IMG/VR virus record: IMGVR_UViG_3300027806_000001
Span: 32,001 to 96,000 of that record
DNA: 64,000 nucleotides
Source of the DNA: a virus
Direction: 5' to 3' (one strand)
In this document: positions 50,918 through 58,636 of the stretch, piece by piece
Layout of the letters: every line of letters begins with the position of its first letter
How positions within the stretch are numbered: position 1 is the stretch's first letter
Position numbers and translations under genes: made by a program
The notes under the pieces: model-generated
What the model was told of the DNA's origin: nothing
What the model saw: the letters and a program-made list of their open reading frames with translations, nothing else
Database searches by the model: none

Positions 50918-52864
50918 GCGGGTGGATTGCGGGGCCCAGACGCCCACGCAGTTCTCCGCGATCCACGTGAACAGCTCGGCCTTGAGGTCGGACTGGCTGC
51001 TCATGAGCCTGCGGAGCTCCTCCCACTGCGCCTGGGCGATCTCGTCGGTGCCGTAGAGGATCGACCCCGAGGCCAGCTCCTCGTCGAGGATCCGGAGCTT
51101 GTCGAAGTCGCCGCGGATGAACGAGACGTCGATGCCCATCTCCCTGAGCCTGGGGCTGATCATGCGCGCGGCCCGGACGGCGTAACCGTCGCGGATGTCC
51201 TCGAGCTTGTACTCCTCGCCCAGGAGCTCCTGGTCGACGCCTTGCTCCTCCAGGACGGACGAGACGATCGCCTGCAGCTGCTCCAGCCGGGTCTGGCCCG
51301 AGGCCGGATCCAGGGGCACGGCCAGCGCCTCGACCAGGGACGCGTGGATCGCCTGATGCACGGCCGGGCCAAGCACCTGGTCGAGCGGCACGGCCTTGCC
51401 CTCCGCCTCCGGCTGCTTGCCCTTGCGGGAGCTCTTGCCGGTGGCCTTGGGGAACGCCGTGACCAGGATGGGATCGGCCATGTCGTTGATCTGCATCAGG
51501 ATCAGCAGGCAGTTCGTCCTGTCGGTCAGGAACTCCCGCTTGTCCAGCTCCTGGCCCTCCACGGGGTCGGGCAGCATGGGCACGTAGTAGTCGACCTTGA
51601 CGCTATTCTTCAAGGATATGTTGTCCGCGGTTACGAACTTGCGGAATGCACGGCCGATCGTCTGCACGGCTAGGGACGAGCTGCCCTCGGGCGACGTGTG
51701 GTGAATGCGGGAGCAGGGGCACCAGTCGGTGCCCTCGCGGCCCAGCATGCACGTGACCACGACGTCGAACTTGGAATCGCCGTCCTCGGGCTTCTTGGGC
51801 TCCTGCAGCAGCAGGGCCTTGTGAGCGTCCTGGGTGGCCCGGGTGACCAGGTCCAGGATCCGGACGCCGGGCCAGGCCGCCCGGATGTCGTCCATGAGGG
51901 CGCGGATCTGGCCGGTCTCGTCCTGGCCCTTGCCGGCCTTGTCCTCGGTGCGCCACTTCTGGCCGATCGACGGAACGATGACCAGGTGCTTCTGGTCCTG
52001 CTCGCTGGCGATCGCCTGGACGACGTCGACCAGCGGGCCCTGCTCGTGCTCGTACTCGAGGAACTGCACCCGGAAGTCCGCGATCTTCAGAGTCTTCCAG
52101 TGGTCGATCCAGTCGCGCCAGTAGGTCGTGAAGCGGCCCTTGATGGAGTCGTCCAGGATCGCCGTCTGGTCGCCGCGGAACGGCGTGGCGGTCGTCAGCT
52201 GCAGCCGGGCCGAGTCCGCGGCCGGACGGCTAAGGACGAAGTTGCAGATCTTGCCCAGCTTGACCGACTCCTCCGTGCCCTCCTTTTCCGTGACGCCGTT
52301 GACGTGGTGCGCCTCGTCGATGCGGATCGTCAGGTTGCGCACCGCCTGGGCGCGCTCCGTGGCGTCCAGCTCCGACCAGAGGCGGGCCAGGGCGGCGTGG
52401 GAGGTGACCGCCGAGACCAGGCCCGAGCCGTCGGACTGGCGGAGGAGCCAGCGCTTCAGGTCGGCCATGATGGTCGGCGAGGAGGTGTTGCAGAAGTCGT
52501 GGCGGATGGCCCAGGTGAGGGTCTCCCACGTGGTGCGGATCTGGACCTCGGCGCCGTCGTCCCACTTGCTGAAGCCGCCGGAGATGTGGCTCTGCGGCAC
52601 GACGATGAGCTGCCGCTGGCGGAACCTCGTGTGCTCGGCCTCGTAGGCCGCGAGGGCGCACTGCAGGGTGGACTTGCCCGCGCCGCAGGGGGCGACGAGG
52701 AAGCTGTGCTCCGCGAGGTGCAGCTTGAGGAAGGCGTCGGGCTGCCAGTCCCGGAGCTCGCGGACGCCGGAGACGGCCTTGGGCTCGAGGACGATGGTGC
52801 TCCAGGTCGGGTTGGTGCCCGAGGTCGAGAGACGTGAGTTGCTGCGTGTCTTGGTCTTGTTCAT
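50915..52864 (-). CDS. Superfamily 2 (DExD/H, Res/UvsW-like) helicase/ATPase
   Basis: Q motif LRDWQ; I APCGAGKS; Ia LIVVP; II IDEAHH; III TATPFRGD; V GREGTDW; VI QTIGRAFR. Confidence 0.9.
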   Translation of the reverse strand: MNKTKTRSNSRLSTSGTNPTWSTIVLEPKAVSGVRELRDWQPDAFLKLHLAEHSFLVAPCGAGKSTLQCALAAYEAEHTRFRQRQLIVVPQSHISGGFSKWDDGAEVQIRTTWETLTWAIRHDFCNTSSPTIMADLKRWLLRQSDGSGLVSAVTSHAALARLWSELDATERAQAVRNLTIRIDEAHHVNGVTEKEGTEESVKLGKICNFVLSRPAADSARLQLTTATPFRGDQTAILDDSIKGRFTTYWRDWIDHWKTLKIADFRVQFLEYEHEQGPLVDVVQAIASEQDQKHLVIVPSIGQKWRTEDKAGKGQDETGQIRALMDDIRAAWPGVRILDLVTRATQDAHKALLLQEPKKPEDGDSKFDVVVTCMLGREGTDWCPCSRIHHTSPEGSSSLAVQTIGRAFRKFVTADNISLKNSVKVDYYVPMLPDPVEGQELDKREFLTDRTNCLLILMQINDMADPILVTAFPKATGKSSRKGKQPEAEGKAVPLDQVLGPAVHQAIHASLVEALAVPLDPASGQTRLEQLQAIVSSVLEEQGVDQELLGEEYKLEDIRDGYAVRAARMISPRLREMGIDVSFIRGDFDKLRILDEELASGSILYGTDEIAQAQWEELRRLMSSQSDLKAELFTWIAENCVGVWAPQSTR

Positions 52865-53736
52865 GGTTTCTTCGCTTTCTTGTTGGTTGTGCGTGAGTTT
52901 CTTAGCTGTGTGGAACGAGTGAACCAGTCCGGCCTCAAGGACCGGAGCTCCTGGTCGAACACCGGGTCGTAACTGTCGGACTTGGAGTTGGTGTAATCGC
53001 AGAGAGGATGGCCCAGCGGGTGCTTTTTCGCATTAGGCCTAGACTCCTCCCTCAGGGCCATGGCCTTGAGCTCGGCCTTGTTTAGTGCGGCAGTGTCCAG
53101 GAACCAATCGGGCCTGAGGGCCCGGATCTCCTGATCGAAGGAAGGGTCGTAGTTGTTGGACTTGGGGTTGGTGTAACGGCAGAGCGCTCCGCCCATCGGA
53201 TGCTTTTTCTGATTAGGCCTAGACTCCTCCCTCAGGGCCATGGCCTTGAGCTCGGCCTTGTTTAGTGCGGCAGTGTCCAGGAACCAATCGGGCCTGAGGG
53301 CCCGGATCTCCTGATCAAAAACCTGGTCGTAGCAAGCCCGAGAGGGGTGAGTGTACTCGCAGAGAGGATGGCCCAGTGGGTGCTTTTTCTTGCCGTTTTT
53401 TGAAGGCCTTGGATCGCCCCGCAGAGCCATGGCCTTGAGTTCGGCCTTTTTGCTTGTTGAGTCCTTGTCGCCCCACCACTGTGGTGCAACCGCCCTCAAC
53501 CTGGCCTCGAACTCAGGTTTATAGCTCGAGCTGCTTGGGTTCTTGTAGTTGTGCAGCGCACTCTTCAGCTGCTGCACCTTGAACCCCGTGGCCTCCGCCA
53601 CGGCCTCCCACAGCTTCCTGCTGTTGCCCTCGCCCCACTGCACCTCCGGCAGCTGCTCCGGGGCGATGCCGAGCTTCCCGCAGATGGCCTCGGTGACGGC
53701 CTTAATCTTCTCCCCTGTCAGGTGCCTGAGGTGCAT
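52861..53736 (-). CDS. Helical repeat protein 3 (three HA-like repeats)
   Basis: Three copies of KAELKAMALR.E.RP...KHPLG..LC.YT......YD..FDQEIRALRPDWF. Stop overlaps the helicase ATG. Confidence 0.8.
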   Translation of the reverse strand: MHLRHLTGEKIKAVTEAICGKLGIAPEQLPEVQWGEGNSRKLWEAVAEATGFKVQQLKSALHNYKNPSSSSYKPEFEARLRAVAPQWWGDKDSTSKKAELKAMALRGDPRPSKNGKKKHPLGHPLCEYTHPSRACYDQVFDQEIRALRPDWFLDTAALNKAELKAMALREESRPNQKKHPMGGALCRYTNPKSNNYDPSFDQEIRALRPDWFLDTAALNKAELKAMALREESRPNAKKHPLGHPLCDYTNSKSDSYDPVFDQELRSLRPDWFTRSTQLRNSRTTNKKAKKP

Positions 53737-54440
53737 GCCTGCTCCTTCTTCTTCTTGGCGCGTGTTTTCCTGCGCTTGTCGGATCGTGTGAACCAGTCCG
53801 GCCTTAGGGCCCGGATCTCCTGGTAGAACACGGGGTCGTAGGACTTGGAACTGGGGTCGGTGTAGTTGCTGAGCACCCTGCCCAGGGGGTGCTTGTTCTT
53901 GCCTTTGGACACTGGCCTCGGCTCTCCCCTCAGGGCCATGGCCAGGAGCTCGGCCTTCTTAATGTCGGCTTTCTCAGATTGCGAGACAAACCAGTCCGGC
54001 CTCAAGGCCCGGATTTCCTGGTCGAACACCGGGTCGTAGGACCTGGACGAGCGGATGGTGTAGAGGACGAGCGCGTGCCCCAACGGGTGCTTGTCTCCAG
54101 CAGGCCTCGGCTCTCCCCGCAGGGCCATGGCCAGGAGCTCGGCCTTCTTGCCCTCCGGGTCGGCACTGCTCCACCACTGCGGCGCAACCACCTTCCACCT
54201 GGCGGCGAGCGCAGGCCTATAGGAGCAGTGGCTAGGGGTCTTGTAGCTACTCAACGCAGTGCTCAGCTGCTTTTCCGGGAATCCCACGACCTCATGGGCG
54301 ACGCTCCAGACGACCTTGGACCTGTCACGGTTCCAGTCGACCTTCCCTCCCTGGAGATCCTCCACGGTCACCCCCAGCCTGGAGCACATGAGCTCCAGCA
54401 TCCGGCTCTTTATTCCCTCCGTCAGACTGTTCCTAGGCAT
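53718..54440 (-). CDS. Helical repeat protein 2 (two HA-like repeats)
   Basis: Start re-called at MPRNSLTEG (SD AAGGAG). Same N-terminal domain and repeat as its neighbours. Confidence 0.8.
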   Translation of the reverse strand: MPRNSLTEGIKSRMLELMCSRLGVTVEDLQGGKVDWNRDRSKVVWSVAHEVVGFPEKQLSTALSSYKTPSHCSYRPALAARWKVVAPQWWSSADPEGKKAELLAMALRGEPRPAGDKHPLGHALVLYTIRSSRSYDPVFDQEIRALRPDWFVSQSEKADIKKAELLAMALRGEPRPVSKGKNKHPLGRVLSNYTDPSSKSYDPVFYQEIRALRPDWFTRSDKRRKTRAKKKKEQACTSGT

Positions 54441-55504
54441 GCCTGCTCCTTCTTCTTGGCTGCGCGCGAGTTTTTGAGCTTGTCGGATCGCGTGAACCAC
54501 TGCGGGGCCAGGGCCCGGATCTCCTGATCGAACACAGGGTCGTAGCACTTGGAACCGGAGTTGGTGTAGTTGTAAAGCGCCCTGCCCAGCGGATGCTTGC
54601 CTGCAACAGGCTTGGGCTCACCCCGCAGGGCCATGGCCAGGAGTTCGGCCTTGTTCAGGTTAGCTTTCTCAGATTGCGAGACAAACCAGTCCGGCCTGAG
54701 GGCCCGGATCTCCTGGTCGAACACGGGGTCGTAAGAATCGGACGAGGGGTTGGTGTAGTCGCAGAGCACCGCACCCAGCGGGTGCTTGCCTGCAACAGGC
54801 TTGGGCTCACCCCGCAGGGCCATGGCCTTGATCTCAGCCTTCTTCAGGTCGGCTTTGTCAGATTTTGAGACAAACCAGCTTGGAGCCAGGGCCCGGATCT
54901 CCTGGTCGAACACGGGGTCGTAAGAATCGGACGAGGGGTTGGTGTAGTTCTTGAGCACCGCACCCAGCGGGTGCTTGCCTGCAACAGGCTTGGGCTCACC
55001 CCGCAGGGCCATGGCCTTGAGTTCAAGCTTGTTCTGAGCCGCGGTATCGACGAACCAGTCCGGTCTGGCGGCGCGAATCTCTTTGTCGAACACCGGGTCG
55101 TAGGAGTTGGACGAGAGGTTGGTGTACATGCAGAGCACCGCACCCAGCGGGTGCTTCTTATTTGGCCTCGGCTCGCCCCTCAGGGCCATGGCCAGGAGCT
55201 CGGCCTTCCTACCCTCCGGGTCGGCCGTGCTAAACCACTGCGGCGCAACCACCCTCAACCTGGCCTCGAACTTAGGTCGATATGTGTCCCTGTTGCTCGG
55301 ATTCTTGTAGTTGTGCAGCGCATTCTTCAGCTGCCCCTCCGAGAATCCCACCACCTCATGGGCCACGCTCCACACGGCCTTGGACTTGTCCCGGTTCCAG
55401 TCGACCTTCCCTCCGCGGAGATCCTCCACGGTCACTCCCAGCCTGGAGCACATGAGCTCCAGCATCCGCTGCTTCATGCCCTCCGTCAGGTTGTTCCTGT
55501 TCAT
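54422..55504 (-). CDS. Helical repeat protein 1 (four HA-like repeats)
   Basis: MNRNNLTEG..., four about 59-63-aa repeats, with near-identical DNA units at 189-bp period. Confidence 0.85.
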   Translation of the reverse strand: MNRNNLTEGMKQRMLELMCSRLGVTVEDLRGGKVDWNRDKSKAVWSVAHEVVGFSEGQLKNALHNYKNPSNRDTYRPKFEARLRVVAPQWFSTADPEGRKAELLAMALRGEPRPNKKHPLGAVLCMYTNLSSNSYDPVFDKEIRAARPDWFVDTAAQNKLELKAMALRGEPKPVAGKHPLGAVLKNYTNPSSDSYDPVFDQEIRALAPSWFVSKSDKADLKKAEIKAMALRGEPKPVAGKHPLGAVLCDYTNPSSDSYDPVFDQEIRALRPDWFVSQSEKANLNKAELLAMALRGEPKPVAGKHPLGRALYNYTNSGSKCYDPVFDQEIRALAPQWFTRSDKLKNSRAAKKKEQACLGTV

Positions 55505-56120
55505 TCTTCTTTCCTTTCTTCAGAATGTACGTCGTCATGGTCAGCTTGGACCCTGAGTTCAGATAGGTAAAACACTCGATCGCGCCCCGGAGGCCCCACT
55601 GAGAGCACTCCCGTTCCGAAAGGTGCGAGTCGATGCGGTTCAGCATGTCCAGGGTCTTCCTGCTGCGCGGGTCCCTGGTGATGGCGTTCACGAACACCGG
55701 CACCCCGTCGGGCACCCTCGTCATCGTCGCCCGGACCAGCCGGGCCAGCTCTGGGCTGCCCGAGTGGCACATCGTGTCCAGGTTGACCACCGCCGGCCTG
55801 AACTCCCCGGCCAGCACCGCGGCGTTCAGCACGTCCTCCCAGTCGCCCTCGTGCCAGTGCGCCGAGGGATGGACCCGGAGGTTGGCCCGGACGACCTTGG
55901 CGTTCCGGTCGACCCCGTGGAACTGCTCCGGCTTCAGGAAGCCTGCCCTCGAGAGCTGCCCGAGCTCGGACCTGGGCGACGCGTCCTGGACGCTGCACAG
56001 GGTCCAGTACTGCAGGTCCCGGGGAACCGAGGGTCCGCCCAGGATCCGCCTCGCCCGCTGCACCAGCTCCACCCGGGACAGGACCTTCTGGTCCGCCGAC
56101 TTGCCGCCGAACTCCGTCAT
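55356..56120 (-). CDS. Class I SAM-dependent methyltransferase-like protein
   Basis: Alternating strand pattern YWTLC / FHGVD / HWHEGD / VVNLD / VFVN fits a Rossmann MTase fold, but there is no canonical GxGxG. SD AGGAGGA. Confidence 0.45.
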   Translation of the reverse strand: MTEFGGKSADQKVLSRVELVQRARRILGGPSVPRDLQYWTLCSVQDASPRSELGQLSRAGFLKPEQFHGVDRNAKVVRANLRVHPSAHWHEGDWEDVLNAAVLAGEFRPAVVNLDTMCHSGSPELARLVRATMTRVPDGVPVFVNAITRDPRSRKTLDMLNRIDSHLSERECSQWGLRGAIECFTYLNSGSKLTMTTYILKKGKKNEQEQPDGGHEAADAGAHVLQAGSDRGGSPRREGRLEPGQVQGRVERGP

Positions 56121-56131
56121 GATGTTCCTCC

Positions 56132-56164
56132 TGGAACGCCCGTGGTAGGACTCGAACCTGCAAC
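56132..56164 (-). pseudogene. tRNA 3'-half remnant (T-arm plus acceptor strand)
   Basis: GTTGCAGG-TTCGAGT-CCTAC-CACGGGC-GTTCCA. No anticodon arm upstream. Confidence 0.55.
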
Positions 56165-56213
56165 TTGAGGTATACTAGGTGTGACTCTAAACCTTTAAGT
56201 ATCGGATCTATAC

Positions 56214-56747
56214 ATGCGCCTGTGCCAAAAGTGCAACTCCTGCATACCGAGCCGAGCTCTCGTGAACGGAGTGGTGAAGGGCCTGAACACCAGGAAGTTC
56301 TGCTTATCCTGCTCTCCTTTTGGCGGCCGCAACAATCGCAATCTTTGCATTCCGAAAGACAAAAACGGGCTGCCCGAGAAGAAGACATGCGCCATGTGCG
56401 GCTTCGTCAAGCCCAGTTCTAATTTCTATAAAAGACGAAACAGGTCAACTCTCCTGTCTTACTGCAAAAGTTGCGTGGCGGCGCAGTCCAAGAGCCGCTC
56501 AGTCAAGCTAAAAGCCGATTGTGTCAAACACAAAGGCGGAAAATGCTCTCTGTGCGGATACTCCAAGTGCCTTGCTGCCTTGGAGTTTCATCACATAGAT
56601 CGGAGTAAAAAGCAATTTGGCGTAGGTGGAAAAAGGTCCACGACTTTCGAGAACCTCAAGGAGGAACTGGAAAAGTGCGTTTTGCTGTGCGCCAACTGCC
56701 ACAGGGAGGTGGAATACGGAACTTCTGCAATTCCGGACTCCGTCTAA
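56214..56747 (+). CDS. HNH endonuclease with Zn fingers (free-standing homing-type)
   Basis: KGGKCSLCGYSKCLAALEFHH...ELEKCVLLCANCHRE. It is the only plus-strand gene and has visibly lower GC. Confidence 0.85.
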   Translation: MRLCQKCNSCIPSRALVNGVVKGLNTRKFCLSCSPFGGRNNRNLCIPKDKNGLPEKKTCAMCGFVKPSSNFYKRRNRSTLLSYCKSCVAAQSKSRSVKLKADCVKHKGGKCSLCGYSKCLAALEFHHIDRSKKQFGVGGKRSTTFENLKEELEKCVLLCANCHREVEYGTSAIPDSV

Positions 56748-56748
56748 G

Positions 56749-56822
56749 CGTCCGCACCAGGACTTGAACCTGGAACCGCCTCGTTAGGACCGAGATGCGC
56801 TATCCAATTGCGCCATGCGGAC
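56749..56822 (-). tRNA. trnR: tRNA-Arg (anticodon CCT)
   Basis: GTCCGCA TG GCGC AATTGGATA GCGC A TCTCG GTCCTAA CGAGG CGGTT CCAGG TTCAAGT CCTGG TGCGGAC G: full cloverleaf, CCA not encoded. Confidence 0.9.
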
Positions 56823-56832
56823 AACAAGCTTT

Positions 56833-56859
56833 CATTCTATCCAGCTGAGCTAAGAGGGC
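56833..56859 (-). pseudogene. tRNA 5'-half remnant (acceptor strand plus D-arm)
   Basis: GCCCTCT TA GCTC AGCTGGATA GAAT G, with an Arg-like D-loop. It also reads as TTGCCC-N16-TAGAAT. Confidence 0.5.
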
Positions 56860-56894
56860 AAAACCCCTGGCGGCCCGGATGAAGCCGCCAGAGG
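56860..56894 (-). terminator. Rho-independent terminator
   Basis: CCTCTGGCGGC-9 nt-GCCGCCAGGGG followed by TTTT. Confidence 0.65.
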
Positions 56895-56951
56895 CAGAAA
56901 AGAAAAGCGCGCCCGCATGCAACCTTGACGGCTACGCGCGGTGCGCACTTT

Positions 56952-56979
56952 ATTCTAACCTGCGAGGTGGGGTTGTTTA
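56952..56979 (-). promoter_or_regulatory. Early-type promoter TAAACA-N16-TAGAAT
   Basis: TAAACA ACCCCACCTCGCAGGT TAGAAT, overlapping the stop of the upstream gene. Confidence 0.65.
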
Positions 56980-57687
56980 GCCCTTCTTCTTGTTCTTCTT
57001 TTTGCCCTTGGACTGCGCCCTGGCCAGCTCGGCCGCCTGCACCTTGTCATAGGCGCGGGTTCCGTAGTAGCCCAGCGGAAGTCCGGCGGCGATCAACCCT
57101 CCGGCGATGTCTCCGCCCACGGCGGCAAAGGGCTTGAAGCCGTATTCGCTGGCCTCCTCGGGATCGATCCGACCCTTCATGGCCTCGATGGCCTTGGCCC
57201 GGCCGAGGTCGTGGGATCCGCCCAAAAAGAACAAAGACGAACTGGGCTCGAAGGCCTGCGGCTTCTTGGATCGAGCCTTGTCGAACTTCGCGGCGATGTC
57301 GTGCATCTTGTTGCGACGGATGGCCGACGCGATGAGATGGCCCAGGAACGCGCCGGCGACGCCTCCCCCGATCGCTCCCAGGCCCTGGACGTCGGGATCG
57401 CCGCTTGCCAGGTTGCCTATGCCATAGCCGGCCCCTGCGCCGAGGGCTATTCCCGGCAAGGTCATCAGGGCTCCGCTGGTCAGCGGGTTCTTGACGAAGA
57501 AGCCTGGATCCTCGCCGATGGCCTCGGCCATGGCGGTGGCCCGGCCTGGCCTGGACTCGAAGGCCGTGTTCCAGCCGGCAGGCCCCCAGTAGTCGCTGAA
57601 CAGACCTCCGCCCGAATCCATGTCGAGCAGTTCCTTGGCCTTGAGGGCCTGCTTGTAGCCAGGGAGATGGTGGAAGTAGTATGACAT
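56977..57687 (-). CDS. Glycine-zipper protein with YYxH...KQA leader
   Basis: MSYYFHHLPGYKQA. Hydrophobic GIALGAGAGYGIG, GLGAIGGGVAGAFLG, GGLIAAGLPLG. Confidence 0.7.
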   Translation of the reverse strand: MSYYFHHLPGYKQALKAKELLDMDSGGGLFSDYWGPAGWNTAFESRPGRATAMAEAIGEDPGFFVKNPLTSGALMTLPGIALGAGAGYGIGNLASGDPDVQGLGAIGGGVAGAFLGHLIASAIRRNKMHDIAAKFDKARSKKPQAFEPSSSLFFLGGSHDLGRAKAIEAMKGRIDPEEASEYGFKPFAAVGGDIAGGLIAAGLPLGYYGTRAYDKVQAAELARAQSKGKKKNKKKG

Positions 57688-57690
57688 GGT

Positions 57691-58182
57691 TTAGCCCTTG
57701 ACCTGAGCCTTGCTCTTCTGCTTCTTCTTACCTATCGAGTCGATGAGCTTGTCCGCGAGGAGGTAGCCGCCGAGGCCGCCTGCGCCTGCACCGAGGAGAC
57801 CTCCTCCGCCCAGCCCAAGGAGGGCGGAGCCGCCGGCGCCTGCCGCTTCGTCCATGTTGTGCCTCATCATGGCATCGGCTTCTTCGGCGGACCGAGCCTG
57901 CGTGGGGTCGACGCCGTCGAATCCATGGGCCTTGACTCCGGTGTACGCGCCAAGGCTTGCGCCCGTCAGGCCGCCCAGGATCATGCCCAGGTCCGCGCCC
58001 ATGCCCTTGCCTGCGCCGCGGAGGATCTCCCTGAAGATCGGCTCGTCGTCGTCCGCCGCGGCTCCGTGGATGAGCGCGCTGACGGTGGTGCCGATGAGGG
58101 CCTGCTTGCTGCGGGTCTGCTCGCCGTAGAGGCGCTCGAGGTTGGCTGCGATCTTGATCATGGGTGTTCCGGGATAGGTCAC
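57691..58182 (-). CDS. Glycine-zipper protein with K-x-A leader
   Basis: MTYPGTPMIKIAA...SKQA. GMILGGLTGASLGAY and GLGGGGLLGAGAGGLGGYL. Confidence 0.7.
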   Translation of the reverse strand: MTYPGTPMIKIAANLERLYGEQTRSKQALIGTTVSALIHGAAADDDEPIFREILRGAGKGMGADLGMILGGLTGASLGAYTGVKAHGFDGVDPTQARSAEEADAMMRHNMDEAAGAGGSALLGLGGGGLLGAGAGGLGGYLLADKLIDSIGKKKQKSKAQVKG

Positions 58183-58628
58183 CGCTGGAGCGGCATGTTT
58201 TGAATTCCTCGGGCATCGGCGAGCGACTGAGCGCCCGGCCGGAGGTTGGCTCCAAGGAGCTCAGCCTCGACCAGGCCCCTAGCCGCCTGATTCATCTCGG
58301 GAGTGTTGGGGTTGCGAGGATCATTCATGAGGGTGTCCACCAGGCCGAGCAGCGCCTGGCGCTTCCTGTCGGCTCCGGTCATCTGGCCGTAGGCTGCGCC
58401 GAGGCCGGCGCCCGCCAGGCCTCCGATGCCTCCGCCGACCATGGCGTCGTTGAGCCTGTAGTCGGTTCCGACGATGCCGGTCGCCTGTCGTCCCAGAGGA
58501 AGCAGCGCTGAATTCATGGAGTTGATTTCGTTTGCGGCAGCCTGATTAGCGGCCCGCCCGGCCTGGGCGATCTGATCCTGGATGCCTGCGCGCTTGGTGC
58601 GGGGAAGGGGGTGGGAGTAGTAGGCCAT
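58179..58628 (-). CDS. Glycine-zipper protein with YYxH...KRA leader
   Basis: MAYYSHPLPRTKRA. GGGIGGLAGAGLGAAYG. Confidence 0.7.
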   Translation of the reverse strand: MAYYSHPLPRTKRAGIQDQIAQAGRAANQAAANEINSMNSALLPLGRQATGIVGTDYRLNDAMVGGGIGGLAGAGLGAAYGQMTGADRKRQALLGLVDTLMNDPRNPNTPEMNQAARGLVEAELLGANLRPGAQSLADARGIQNMPLQR

Positions 58629-58636
58629 GGGTGTCC

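Noticed and set aside
56132-56859. Group I intron-split tRNA
   Set aside because: The insert contains an intact tRNA and an antisense ORF, no P/Q/R/S core is evident, the halves lack an anticodon arm, and their acceptor strands pair poorly.
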